From Candidatus Aminicenantes bacterium (lineage in GTDB: Bacteria > Acidobacteriota > Aminicenantia > Aminicenantales > Saccharicenantaceae): a stretch of DNA of 64,000 nt. The notes under the pieces were generated by a model. That model had not been told where the DNA came from and ran no database searches. It worked only from the letters and a program-made list of their open reading frames with translations. Position 1 is the first letter of the stretch. Every line of letters begins with the position of its first letter. The stretch is from contig JABLWX010000001.1 in assembly GCA_013178315.1 (NCBI GenBank), positions 5,716-69,715 of the forward strand, written 5' to 3'. The position numbers and the translations under genes are program-made. This document shows positions 35,560 to 44,718 of the stretch, piece by piece.

Positions 35560-37005
35560 ATGAACCGCAGGACCGGTCTTAAATTGATCTGTCTTTGGGT
35601 GGTGGTCTGGGGACTGGCCGCTCCGGCCACCGGGCAGGGAGTCAGAAAGCCGGTCTGGGCCAGCCAGTTTTATGAGTCCGACCCGTCCCGGTTGAACCGG
35701 CAGCTCGAGGTCTGGCTTGATTCGGCTGAGGTCAAGCCTGTGGCCGGTGACGTGGTGGGACTGATTTCCCCGCATGCCGGCTATATCTATTCGGCCAGGG
35801 TGGCTGCGGTCGGCTATCGTCTGGTGAGAAACCTGGGCGTGGAGACCGTGGTCATCATCGGGCCTTCTCACCAGCAGGCTTTCGAAGGATGCTCCATTTA
35901 CCTGCGGGGTGGTTTTGAAACCCCCCTGGGAGTGGCCGAGGTGGATGAAACCCTGGCCAGGGAGCTCGCCCGATATTCAGGCTTCGGTTATATTCCGGAA
36001 GCTCACGACCGCGAGCATTCGGTGGAAGTTCAGGTACCATTTATCCAGAAAGTATTTCCCCGGGCCAGGATTGTGCCGGTGGTCATGGGCAACCAGACCG
36101 AAATAACAATTCAGGCCCTGGCCGGGGCCCTGGTTCGGGCCACTAAGGGCAAGAAGGTGCTGGTGGTCGCTTCCACCGACCTGTCTCATTTTCTTGGCCG
36201 GGCCCAGGCCAATGAACGCGACCAGAAGACGATTGAGCTGATTCAAAATCTCGATTTGAAGACACTCGGCCGCCAGGTTGAAAGGCACGAAAACATCATG
36301 TGCGGCGGAGGCCCGGTGCTGGCCCTCCTACAGTATGCCCGTAAGTTGGGCCCGGCCCGGGTGGCCGTGCTGTCCTATTCAGACTCGGCAGCAGCCGGCG
36401 GCCCGGATGACCGGGTGGTGGGCTATCTGTCGGCCGCTGTTTATCTTGAAACAGCCCAGGCCGGGCTAGACCTTACCCGGGAAGAGAAAAGAGAATTACT
36501 GGCTCTGGCCCGCCTGGCCATTGAGACCTACCTGGCTACCGGTAAAATTCCAGCCTATAAGCCGACCTCGCCCCGCCTGGAAACCAAGGCCGGGGCCTTT
36601 GTCACCCTGAAGCAACAACACCAGCTACGGGGCTGTATCGGTTTTGCCGAACCCCTGTTTCCTCTGTGGGAGACGGTGGCCCAGGCGGCTGTCCTGGCCG
36701 CCACCGAGGACCCCAGGTTCCCCCCGCTGAGGAAGACGGAACTCCAGGGACTGCAGATTGAAATTTCTGTCCTCGGTCCGCTGCAACCGGTTTCGGATGT
36801 TTCCGAAATCAAGGTCGGCCGCCACGGCCTGGTAATTAAAGAAGGGCAGAGAAGCGGTCTGCTGCTGCCCCAGGTGGCCACGGAGCAGGGCTGGGACCGA
36901 CAGATTTTCCTGAGAGAAGTCTGTCGCAAGGCCGGGTTGCCGGATAATGCCTGGAGGAATTCCAGGGGGCTGTTCAAGTTTGAAGCCATCGTCTTCCAGG
37001 AGTAA
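35560..37005 (+). CDS. fusion protein: signal peptide + MEMO1-family domain (AmmeMemoRadiSam protein B) + AMMECR1 domain (protein A)
   Basis: N-terminus MNRRTGLKLICLWVVVWGLAAPATGQG. Memo motifs SPHAGYIYS, STDLSHF and MCGGGPV. AMMECR1 core AFVTLKQQHQLRGCIGF...ATEDPRFPPL. Confidence 0.85.
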   Translation: MNRRTGLKLICLWVVVWGLAAPATGQGVRKPVWASQFYESDPSRLNRQLEVWLDSAEVKPVAGDVVGLISPHAGYIYSARVAAVGYRLVRNLGVETVVIIGPSHQQAFEGCSIYLRGGFETPLGVAEVDETLARELARYSGFGYIPEAHDREHSVEVQVPFIQKVFPRARIVPVVMGNQTEITIQALAGALVRATKGKKVLVVASTDLSHFLGRAQANERDQKTIELIQNLDLKTLGRQVERHENIMCGGGPVLALLQYARKLGPARVAVLSYSDSAAAGGPDDRVVGYLSAAVYLETAQAGLDLTREEKRELLALARLAIETYLATGKIPAYKPTSPRLETKAGAFVTLKQQHQLRGCIGFAEPLFPLWETVAQAAVLAATEDPRFPPLRKTELQGLQIEISVLGPLQPVSDVSEIKVGRHGLVIKEGQRSGLLLPQVATEQGWDRQIFLREVCRKAGLPDNAWRNSRGLFKFEAIVFQE

Positions 37006-37022
37006 ACTTTGGCCTGGCCCGG

Positions 37023-37051
37023 TTGCTAAACGCCGGTCTTAACCCTATAAT
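37023..37051 (+). promoter_or_regulatory. candidate promoter TTGCTA-N17-TATAAT
   Basis: Perfect -10 at 37046-37051, 17 nt upstream of ATG 37069, with GGAAGG as SD. Confidence 0.45.
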
Positions 37052-37068
37052 TAGAGTGGAAGGCTAAC

Positions 37069-37326
37069 ATGAGCTGGACAATTTATGCCATCCTTATCAT
37101 TTTCGGCCTGTTCATCATCCTGATGATTATCAACCCCAACCTGTCCTGTTTTGGCAGAAGGATCAGATCTCCCTTTTATCCGGTGACCCGGAAGAAAAAA
37201 ATGAGAGCTGTCTCCAGGGATTATAAATTCGAGCTGGGAACGCCGGGCGCTAAACCCGGGCCGGCCCAGCAGCCTGACCAGGCTAAAAAGCCGAAAGCTG
37301 AGGATTACGGGTTCAAGCTGGACTGA
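37069..37326 (+). CDS. hypothetical small membrane protein (one TM helix, basic/proline-rich tail)
   Basis: 85 aa beginning MSWTIYAILIIFGLFIILMII. Has a promoter and SD upstream. No family recognised. Confidence 0.45.
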   Translation: MSWTIYAILIIFGLFIILMIINPNLSCFGRRIRSPFYPVTRKKKMRAVSRDYKFELGTPGAKPGPAQQPDQAKKPKAEDYGFKLD

Positions 37327-37353
37327 GCAGCTGACCGGAACTGAGGAGTGGCG

Positions 37354-38058
37354 GTGCCGCAGGGAGGCGGGAAGGAGAGGGGTAAACAGCGCAACGGTTT
37401 TTATTTTGGGGGGATCCTCTTAATCTTCACCTGGATTCTGGCCTCAACCGGTTGCCGCACCGGGCCCGTTCGCCTGCTGCCCCCGGCCGAAATTCAGAAC
37501 CTGGCGGGACAGGCCTCTTTTCTCCTGAACGGACCCGATGGCGTCTTCAGGTTCAGGCTGGGTTTCTATGGCCGGCTTCCGGGTGAAGCCAGGCTGGAAC
37601 TTTTTGACCCCATAGGACGGTTGAGAACCGTGGTCTGGCTGGGACCGGAGTTGGCCACGTTGTACCTTCCTTCCGAGAAAGTGTACTGGCAGGGAGAAAG
37701 CCGGGTTCTGACCTCAGAAGTCTTCGGGCGGGAACTCAAGGCCGGAGAACTGCTCAGGATTCTCTCCGGTCTGTGGACTCAACTGGCTGAAGAGGATGGC
37801 TGGGTTCTTCAGCTTGACCACCAGGGCAATGTTCTTGGGGGAGAGAGGGACGGGCTGCTCTTCACCCTAAAAGAGAAATTCCCCCCGGGGCTCCTTCCGA
37901 AAACCGTTCAGTTCTCTTCCGGTGTTTACACGGTCAGGATGAAAGTGCTCCGGGTTAGTTTTAACCGGAAACAGGAACCCTCGCTATTCAATCCGGTTCT
38001 TCCACCCGGAGTGAAACAACTGGGCTGGGAAGAGATGGCGGGCCGATGGAAAAAATAA
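37354..38058 (+). CDS. LolB-like outer-membrane lipoprotein (putative)
   Basis: Hydrophobic leader ending in LASTGC (lipobox-like). Beta-rich body. Position immediately upstream of and overlapping ispE mirrors the E. coli lolB-ispE-prs order. No ATG present: GTG 37354 has GAGGAG 5 nt upstream, and GTG 37348 is the alternative. Confidence 0.5.
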   Translation: MPQGGGKERGKQRNGFYFGGILLIFTWILASTGCRTGPVRLLPPAEIQNLAGQASFLLNGPDGVFRFRLGFYGRLPGEARLELFDPIGRLRTVVWLGPELATLYLPSEKVYWQGESRVLTSEVFGRELKAGELLRILSGLWTQLAEEDGWVLQLDHQGNVLGGERDGLLFTLKEKFPPGLLPKTVQFSSGVYTVRMKVLRVSFNRKQEPSLFNPVLPPGVKQLGWEEMAGRWKK

Positions 38059-38939
38059 CCCTGACTTCTTTCGCCAAGATAAACCTGGGCCTCGAGGTCG
38101 GCAGTCTCCGGGAAGACGGTTATCATCAGCTGACCACCCTTTTTCAGACAGTAGCCCTTAAAGACCGGCTGACCTTTGAGCGGCGGCCCGATGGTGAGAT
38201 AAGCCTGGCCGGAAACAGGTCAGATGTCCCCTGGGATGAAAGTAATCTTATATATCAGAGTGCCCTGAGGCTGCGACAGGCCACCGGCCTGGAGGCCGGG
38301 GCCAGCATCTTCGTGGAGAAAAACATTCCGCCCGGCCGGGGCCTGGCCGGTGGCAGCAGTAACGCGGCCGTTACTTTGCTGGCCCTCAATCGCCTCTGGG
38401 GCTGCCAGCTGGATAGAGAAAAATTAGAGGCTTTGGCCGCCGAACTGGGAGCCGACGTTCCGTTTTTTCTGCATGGCGGGCTCTGCCTGGGAAGGGGTAA
38501 AGGGGATGAATTGCAGGAAGTGTCGGAATTGCCGCCGGCCTGGGTGGTCCTCGTTATCCCGGACTTTTCGGTCTCCACGGCCCTGGCCTACAGGGAGTTT
38601 GACCGCCGGTCTGGCTTCTTGACTTCAACCGGCAAAGAAAGTAAAATTATCCAGTTTTTAGGACATAGAAACTTTTCTTTATTCAAGCATTTAAGAAACG
38701 ATTTAGAACTGGCGGTTTTTAAGATACAACCTCAGCTGGTTGAGATAAAAAAGGAACTTGTCGCGGCCGGAGCCGAGTTATCTCTGCTGAGTGGCTCGGG
38801 CTCGGCGGTCTTTGGCTGGTTCCAGGATTGGTCCCTGGCCCGGCAGGCAGCCGGGAGGTTTGATAGAGATTATAAGGTTTGGCTGGTAGAGACTGTAGGA
38901 CGTGAACGGTACTGGCAAGAACTCAGCACTGGGGCGTAG
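38046..38939 (+). CDS. ispE: 4-diphosphocytidyl-2-C-methyl-D-erythritol kinase
   Basis: GHMP kinase motif PPGRGLAGGSSNAA, with an N-terminal KINLGL start. Confidence 0.92.
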   Translation: MEKITLTSFAKINLGLEVGSLREDGYHQLTTLFQTVALKDRLTFERRPDGEISLAGNRSDVPWDESNLIYQSALRLRQATGLEAGASIFVEKNIPPGRGLAGGSSNAAVTLLALNRLWGCQLDREKLEALAAELGADVPFFLHGGLCLGRGKGDELQEVSELPPAWVVLVIPDFSVSTALAYREFDRRSGFLTSTGKESKIIQFLGHRNFSLFKHLRNDLELAVFKIQPQLVEIKKELVAAGAELSLLSGSGSAVFGWFQDWSLARQAAGRFDRDYKVWLVETVGRERYWQELSTGA

Positions 38940-39002
38940 CCAAACTGGTAAGGCAACGGACTTTGGATCCGTCATCTGGAGGTTCGAGTCCTCCCGCCCC
39001 AG
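38930..39002 (+). tRNA. tRNA-Gln (anticodon UUG), CCA not encoded
   Basis: TGGGGCG acceptor pairs with CGCCCCA. Anticodon stem ACGGA/TCCGT with loop CTTTGGA. T-arm GGAGG-TTCGAGT-CCTCC. Near-colinear with E. coli tRNA-Gln. The 5' end overlaps the last 10 nt of ispE. Confidence 0.95.
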
Positions 39003-39033
39003 CTCTGTCAATGCCCGGGAGAGGAATTAAGAC

Positions 39034-39963
39034 ATGAAAGTATTTTCAGGCTCATCCAACCCGCAGCTGGCCCGGCGGATTGCCGGCTATCTGAACATTG
39101 AGCTCGGACGTTGCGTCCTGGACAGGTTCGCCGACGGCGAGATCCACTTTTACATCGACGAGAATGTCCGGGGCGAGGATGTCTTTGTGATCCAGTCCGG
39201 TTGTGCTGACGCCAATTTTCACCTGATGGAACTGTTCCTGATGCTGGATGCCTTCAAGCGGGCCTCGGCCGGACGCATCACCGCGGTCATCCCGTACTTT
39301 GCCTATGCCCGGCAGGACTGGAAAGACCGGCCCCGGGTGCCCATTTCGGCCAGGCTGATAGCCGACCTGCTGGAAACGGCCGGGGCCAACCGGGTCCTGA
39401 CCATGGACCTGCATTCGCCGCAGATTCAGGGCTTCTTTTCCATTCCGGTCGACAACCTGATGGCTGCCCCGGTCATAGCCAACCATATCCGGACCCTCAA
39501 CCTAGAAAACCTGACCATCGTTTCCCCGGATGCCGGCGGCGTGGGCCGGGCCAGAGTTTTTGCCAAGAGGCTGGATGCCAGGCTGGCCATCATCGACAAG
39601 CGGCGGCCGGCCCCCAACGTGGCCCAGGTGCTTCATGTCATCGGCGATGTCAAGGACCAGGACGTGGTCATGTTTGACGATATGGTCGACACGGCCGGCA
39701 CGCTAACCCTCGGGGTTGAGGCCCTGAAGCGGGAGGGAGCCAGGAGGATCTTTGCGGCCTGCACCCACCCGGTGCTGTCCGGCGAGGCGGTAGAACGCAT
39801 CGAGAGGTCTGGCCTGGAAAAAGTGTTCGTAACCGACACCATTCCCCTCAAGGAAAAGGCCAGCCGCAGCGACCGATTCCAGATGCTCTCAGTGGCCGAG
39901 CTTTTTGGCGAAGCCATAAGAAGAATAAACGAGGGTAGTTCCGTAAGCTCTCTCTTTACCTGA
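39034..39963 (+). CDS. prs: ribose-phosphate pyrophosphokinase
   Basis: MKVFSGSSNPQLA...DLHSPQIQGFF...MFDDMVDTAGT, the PRPP-binding loop. Confidence 0.96.
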   Translation: MKVFSGSSNPQLARRIAGYLNIELGRCVLDRFADGEIHFYIDENVRGEDVFVIQSGCADANFHLMELFLMLDAFKRASAGRITAVIPYFAYARQDWKDRPRVPISARLIADLLETAGANRVLTMDLHSPQIQGFFSIPVDNLMAAPVIANHIRTLNLENLTIVSPDAGGVGRARVFAKRLDARLAIIDKRRPAPNVAQVLHVIGDVKDQDVVMFDDMVDTAGTLTLGVEALKREGARRIFAACTHPVLSGEAVERIERSGLEKVFVTDTIPLKEKASRSDRFQMLSVAELFGEAIRRINEGSSVSSLFT

Positions 39964-39974
39964 GGAGGAAAGAT

Positions 39975-40646
39975 ATGACACTGGTGATTAAAGCGGACTT
40001 GAGAACCGAGAAGGGCAAGAATGCTTCCGGGCGTTTAAGGCGCCAGGGGCTGGTCCCGGCCATCCTGTATGGCGAGTCGATGGACAGCCTGCCTCTGAGC
40101 CTGAAAAAGAAGGATATTATTGAAATCCTGAAATCGGAAACCGGAGAAAATACCATCTTCCGGGTGGCTTACAATTCTGAAGAAAAAGACGTGATGATCA
40201 AGGAAGTCCAGATCCATCCGGTCACCGACGAGCTGCTGCACGTTGACCTTATTCAGATATCAATGGACAAGCCGGTCAGGGTTTCAGTCCCGGTAGAACT
40301 GGTGGGTGAGCCGGTGGGCGTTAAAGTGGAAGGCGGACTGGTTGACTTCCTGTTGAGAGAACTGGAAATTGAATGTCTGCCGCGGGAAATCCCCGAAGCC
40401 ATCCGGATTGACATCAGCCATCTTCATCTGCACCAATCTTTCAAGGTTCTGAACCTGGAGCTTCCGGCCGGGATTAAAATTCTGCATGAGCCCCAGGCGG
40501 CCATCGTGGTCATCAGCAGCATAGCCGAGGAAGCGGCTCCGGCTACCACCGAGGAAGTGGTCGAAGGAGCCGAGATGAAGGAACCGGAAGTTATCAAGAA
40601 AGAACGCAAGAAAGAAGAGGAAGAAGAAAAAGAAACCAAGGGGTGA
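39975..40646 (+). CDS. rplY: 50S ribosomal protein L25/general stress protein Ctc
   Basis: GKNASGRLRRQGLVPAILYG start, two-domain Ctc length (223 aa), acidic/lysine-rich tail. Confidence 0.92.
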   Translation: MTLVIKADLRTEKGKNASGRLRRQGLVPAILYGESMDSLPLSLKKKDIIEILKSETGENTIFRVAYNSEEKDVMIKEVQIHPVTDELLHVDLIQISMDKPVRVSVPVELVGEPVGVKVEGGLVDFLLRELEIECLPREIPEAIRIDISHLHLHQSFKVLNLELPAGIKILHEPQAAIVVISSIAEEAAPATTEEVVEGAEMKEPEVIKKERKKEEEEEKETKG

Positions 40647-40649
40647 TGA

Positions 40650-41237
40650 GTGTGGCTGGTGGTCGGTCTGGGCAACCCGGGTTCGGAGTACAGCCAGACC
40701 AGGCATAACGCCGGGTTTCTGGTGGTTCAGGCTCTGGCCAGGCAATGGGGCCTGCAGCTTAAGACCCGGGCCCACCGCTCCCGGCTGGCCGAGACCAGGC
40801 GGGGCCGGAGAACCGTGGTCCTGGCCTTACCCCAGACTTATATGAACCTCAGCGGACAGGCCGTCGGGTCGTTGCTGGCCGGCTACCGGCTAAAACCGGA
40901 AAACCTCGTAGTCGTCTATGATGACCTGGACCTGGACCTGGGACAGATCCGGGTCAGGGCCAGCGGCAGCCCGGGTAGTCACAAGGGGATGAAATCGATC
41001 GTCGAGGCCATCGGCACCCAGGACTTTCCCCGGGTGCGGGTGGGGATAGGTCCGAAGCCTGAGAGCCGGGACGCTGCTGATTATGTTCTGGAAGAATTCC
41101 AGCCTGAAGAGAAAGAAAAACTGCAGCCGGCCCTGGTCCAGGCCTGCCTGGCGGTGGAAATGATCATTGAGGGAGAACTGCCGAGGGCCATGAACGTATT
41201 TAACCGGAAAAAAAAGGAGCCGGGCCAGGAAGATTGA
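40650..41237 (+). CDS. pth: peptidyl-tRNA hydrolase
   Basis: GTG start. WLVVGLGNPGSEYSQTRHNAGF and HKGMKSI motifs. Confidence 0.93.
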   Translation: MWLVVGLGNPGSEYSQTRHNAGFLVVQALARQWGLQLKTRAHRSRLAETRRGRRTVVLALPQTYMNLSGQAVGSLLAGYRLKPENLVVVYDDLDLDLGQIRVRASGSPGSHKGMKSIVEAIGTQDFPRVRVGIGPKPESRDAADYVLEEFQPEEKEKLQPALVQACLAVEMIIEGELPRAMNVFNRKKKEPGQED

Positions 41238-41261
41238 TTTTTCGCCAGAATGTTGTAAAAT
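41234..41261 (+). promoter_or_regulatory. candidate promoter TTGATT-N16-TAAAAT for rpsF-rpsR-rplI
   Basis: Consensus match. The -35 overlaps the pth stop. A leader of about 55 nt follows, with AAGGAGG before ATG 41324. Confidence 0.4.
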
Positions 41262-41323
41262 AAGGCTTCATCTCCTTGCTCCGGCGCCAGAGCGACGGGG
41301 CTTGAATCCATAAGGAGGAAAAA

Positions 41324-41719
41324 ATGAATCAATACGAAACCGGGTTTATCGTTGCCCCCAACCTGCCGGAAGAAGAAGCTTCAGCCCTCATCAACCAGCT
41401 GGCTGAAGTCGTTTCGGCTAAAAACGGTCGGATGATCAAAAAGGATCTCTGGGGCAAAAGAAAGCTGGCCTATTCCATCAAGAGATTTAACGAGGGTCTC
41501 TACGTGTTCTTCACGTACGAAGGGGCCCCGGCCATCCCGGCCGAGCTGGAAAGAAGGTTCAAGCAGACCGATGCCATCCTTCGTTTCATCACCATCAAGA
41601 AAGACCCGAGGGATATGGTCAAGGGGAAGAAAAGAGTGAAAGAAGCAGAAGCCGCGGAGACGGCCCCGGCCGGAACCGAGCCGCAGCCAGCCACCCCGGC
41701 CCCGGAGGAGGTAAAGTAA
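41324..41719 (+). CDS. rpsF: 30S ribosomal protein S6 (with A/P/E-rich C-terminal tail)
   Basis: [14 protein letters not shown]...[11 protein letters not shown]... Confidence 0.93.
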   Translation: MNQYETGFIVAPNLPEEEASALINQLAEVVSAKNGRMIKKDLWGKRKLAYSIKRFNEGLYVFFTYEGAPAIPAELERRFKQTDAILRFITIKKDPRDMVKGKKRVKEAEAAETAPAGTEPQPATPAPEEVK

Positions 41720-41720
41720 G

Positions 41721-41987
41721 ATGGCCAACAGAGAAGAAAGAGAAAAGACAGAAAGAGCTCCATCCAGGAAATTCTTCCCGCCCAAGAAAAAAGTCTGCCG
41801 GTTCTGCGAGAGAAATCTCCGGGACATAGACTACAAGGCGGTGGAAATTTTAAGGAAATACATACCCGACCGCGGCAAGATCGCCCCCCGTCGAATCACC
41901 GGCACCTGCGCCTACCACCAGAGAAAGCTGGCCAGGGCCATCAAGCGGGCCCGGCTCATGGCCCTGCTGCCCTTCGTCGAAGACTGA
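41721..41987 (+). CDS. rpsR: 30S ribosomal protein S18
   Basis: CRFCE....IDYK....L.KYI...GKI.PRRITG.CA.HQR.LA.AIKRAR..ALLPF. Confidence 0.93.
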   Translation: MANREEREKTERAPSRKFFPPKKKVCRFCERNLRDIDYKAVEILRKYIPDRGKIAPRRITGTCAYHQRKLARAIKRARLMALLPFVED

Positions 41988-42004
41988 GTTCCAGGAGGCT
42001 TGGG

Positions 42005-42487
42005 ATGAAAATCATACTGTTGGAAAACGTGGAAAAGGTTGGGCGCAAGGGAGATATCCTGGAAGTGGCCCCGGGGTTCGCCCGGAACTATCTTATTCCC
42101 AGGAAGCTGGCCATGGAAGTGACCCCGGGCAACCTGAAGAGCGTGGAGATGCAGCAGAAGGCACTGCGGAAGAAACTGGAAAAGGAAAGGTTGACCTACC
42201 AGGAGCTGATCAAGAAGCTCAACCAGGTTACCCTGACCTTTGTCCGCAAGTCGAGCGAAAAGGACGTCATCTTCGGGTCCGTTTCGGCGGCTGACATCCA
42301 GGAAGAGCTGGCCCGACAGGGTTTTGACATAGACCGCAAAAAGATCGCGCTGGATGAGCCCATCAAGAGGCTCGGGACATTTTCGGTACCGGTTAAGGTC
42401 TACCACGAGGACCGGGCTGAAATAAAGGTGGTCGTGGTCAAGGAAGAAGCTCCAGCCCCGGACAGCCAGAGCGAACCCACAGCTTGA
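42005..42487 (+). CDS. rplI: 50S ribosomal protein L9
   Basis: MKIILLENVEKVGRKGDILEVAPGFARNYLIPRKLA. Confidence 0.93.
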   Translation: MKIILLENVEKVGRKGDILEVAPGFARNYLIPRKLAMEVTPGNLKSVEMQQKALRKKLEKERLTYQELIKKLNQVTLTFVRKSSEKDVIFGSVSAADIQEELARQGFDIDRKKIALDEPIKRLGTFSVPVKVYHEDRAEIKVVVVKEEAPAPDSQSEPTA

Positions 42488-42561
42488 GAACGGCAGGGTC
42501 TTAACAAGCGTCTCTTTTAATATTAAACTGGAAGCAGCGTGCTTCCGGGAAGAGAGATACA

Positions 42562-43926
42562 ATGGAACTGGATTTGACCGTTCTCAAAAAAACCCCACCA
42601 CACAGCCTGGAGGCGGAAAAAACAGTTCTGGGGGGCGTCCTGGTAAATAACGCCTACCTGAACGTGGTCCTCTCCCAGCTGGCGCCCGAGGATTTCTACC
42701 GCGATGCCCATCGCCAGGTACTGGAAGGCATGGTGGCCCTGATGGACCGGGGCCAGCCCATAGACCTTCTGACCCTGAGCGAGGAACTGCAGAGAAAGGG
42801 GGTTCTGGAAGAAATAGGCGGCGCGGCCTACCTGGCTTCTCTGATGGACGGGGTGCCCCGGACCCTGAACATCGAATATTACGCCCAGATAATAAAAGAG
42901 AAGTCGCTACTTCGGAAGCTGATCCTGTCCTCGGCCAAAATCATCAACACTTCCTACGAGCAACAGACCGATGCCGACACGGTCATCAGCGAGGCCCAGC
43001 AGGCCATCGTGGAAATCGCCGAGGAAAAGATCAAGCCGGGCCTGGTGCCCATTGGCTCTCTGACCGGCGACATGCTGGAGACCATCAGGGTCCTGGCCGA
43101 GCGACGGGAAGCGGTCACCGGGGTTCCCACCGGCTTTATCGAACTGGATAACCTGACCGGCGGTTTCCATCCGGCCGACTTCATCGTGGTGGCCGCCCGG
43201 CCTTCCATGGGCAAGACGGCCCTGGCCCTCAACATCTGCCAGCACGTCGGGTTGCGGACCGATTACTATGCCGGCTTCTTTTCCATAGAAATGGCCAAGG
43301 AACAGGTGGCCCTGCGCCTGCTGTGTGCCGAGGCCCAGGTCGACCTGCGCAAGGCCAGGTCGGGTTTTATCAGCGAACGGGATTTTGAAAGGCTGCAGCT
43401 GGCGGCCGAGACCCTGGCCCAGGCTCGCATCTACGTGGATGAATCGGCTGCCCTGACCGTCATGGAGATGAAGGCCAAGTGCCGCCGGCTGAAGCTTGAA
43501 GGCCACCTGGATATTGTCTTCGTGGATTATATCCAGCTGATGCGGACGGGTGGTCGTTTTGAAAACCGCAACCAGGAAATGTCATTCATCTCCCGCTCCC
43601 TGAAGGAGCTGGCCAAGGAACTGCGCATTCCGGTGGTCGGCGTTTCCCAGCTCAGCCGGGCCCCGGAAAAAATGCGCAAGGAACCCAAGCCCATGCTCTC
43701 CGACCTGCGTGAATCCGGAGCCATCGAGCAGGACGCGGACGTGGTAATTTTCATCTACCGGCCTGATTATTACCATCCGGAGGATGAGGCCATAAAGGGT
43801 ATTGCCGAGGTCACCGTGGCCAAGCAGCGTAACGGCCCGCTGGGCAGTGTCCCCCTGGTCTTCCTCAGGGAGTATGCCAAGTTCGTCAACATGGACTTCA
43901 GCTATAAACGCGAAGAGGAATTCTGA
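42562..43926 (+). CDS. dnaB: replicative DNA helicase
   Basis: PPHSLEAEKTVLGGVL start, Walker A ARPSMGKTALAL, Walker B VFVDYIQLM, QLSR and IIFIYR motifs. Confidence 0.96.
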   Translation: MELDLTVLKKTPPHSLEAEKTVLGGVLVNNAYLNVVLSQLAPEDFYRDAHRQVLEGMVALMDRGQPIDLLTLSEELQRKGVLEEIGGAAYLASLMDGVPRTLNIEYYAQIIKEKSLLRKLILSSAKIINTSYEQQTDADTVISEAQQAIVEIAEEKIKPGLVPIGSLTGDMLETIRVLAERREAVTGVPTGFIELDNLTGGFHPADFIVVAARPSMGKTALALNICQHVGLRTDYYAGFFSIEMAKEQVALRLLCAEAQVDLRKARSGFISERDFERLQLAAETLAQARIYVDESAALTVMEMKAKCRRLKLEGHLDIVFVDYIQLMRTGGRFENRNQEMSFISRSLKELAKELRIPVVGVSQLSRAPEKMRKEPKPMLSDLRESGAIEQDADVVIFIYRPDYYHPEDEAIKGIAEVTVAKQRNGPLGSVPLVFLREYAKFVNMDFSYKREEEF

Positions 43927-43929
43927 GCG

Positions 43930-44718
43930 GTGTCGATGGAGAGGCCGATCCGGATCCCCTTTTTCAGCAACTTTTTCTACGAGCTCGGACAGGTCTATGA
44001 CCTGGCCGTCCGCGGCTTCCGGGCCGTTTTTCAAAAACCCTTTGAGAAACGCAACTTCTGGCAACAACTGGAGGAGGTCGGGGTTAATTCCCTGCCGGTG
44101 GTTTCTCTGACTGCGGCTTTTGGCGGCCTGGTTTTTGGCCTGCAGGCTTACCTGGCTTTCCACCGCTACATCGGCCCCGGCTCGGAATCGCAGGGTGGGC
44201 CGATCATCGCCGTCGGCCTCTGCCGCGAGCTGATTCCCATTCTGGTCGGTCTGATGGTGGCCGGCCGGGTGGGCTCGGCCATGGCCGCCGAGATCGGGAC
44301 GATGAAGATAACCGAGCAGATAGACGCCCTGTTCAGCCTGGGGGCCAACCCGGTCAAGTACCTGGTCGCCCCCAGAATCCTGGCCAGCATGATCATGGTT
44401 CCCTGCCTGACCCTGTACGGGGATGTCATCGGTATCTTTGGCGGCTATACTTACAATGTCCTGTTGATGAAGGTTAACAAGACTCTTTATGTCCAGAACA
44501 CGCTCAAGTACTTTGAGATGTGGGATATCTCGGTCGGGCTGATCAAGGCCCTGGTCTTCGGGCTGGTCATTGCCATCATCGGTTGCTGGCAGGGGATGAC
44601 CACCGAGGGCGGGGCTGAAGGCGTCGGCCGGGCCACCACCAAGTCGGTGGTGGTGGCCAGCATTACCATCCTGATCCTGAATTTCTTCCTGAGCAAAATA
44701 CTGCCGGCCACCCTGTGA
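43930..44718 (+). CDS. mlaE: MlaE-family ABC permease (lipid asymmetry/MCE transporter)
   Basis: 262 aa with the conserved ELIPILVGLMVAGRVGSAMAAEIGTMKITEQIDAL segment. GTG 43930 or ATG 43936. Confidence 0.88.
   Translation: MSMERPIRIPFFSNFFYELGQVYDLAVRGFRAVFQKPFEKRNFWQQLEEVGVNSLPVVSLTAAFGGLVFGLQAYLAFHRYIGPGSESQGGPIIAVGLCRELIPILVGLMVAGRVGSAMAAEIGTMKITEQIDALFSLGANPVKYLVAPRILASMIMVPCLTLYGDVIGIFGGYTYNVLLMKVNKTLYVQNTLKYFEMWDISVGLIKALVFGLVIAIIGCWQGMTTEGGAEGVGRATTKSVVVASITILILNFFLSKILPATL

Noticed and set aside
38778-39011. 77-aa minus-strand ORF
   Set aside because: It runs antisense through tRNA-Gln and the ispE 3' end, a classic tRNA-antisense ORF artefact.
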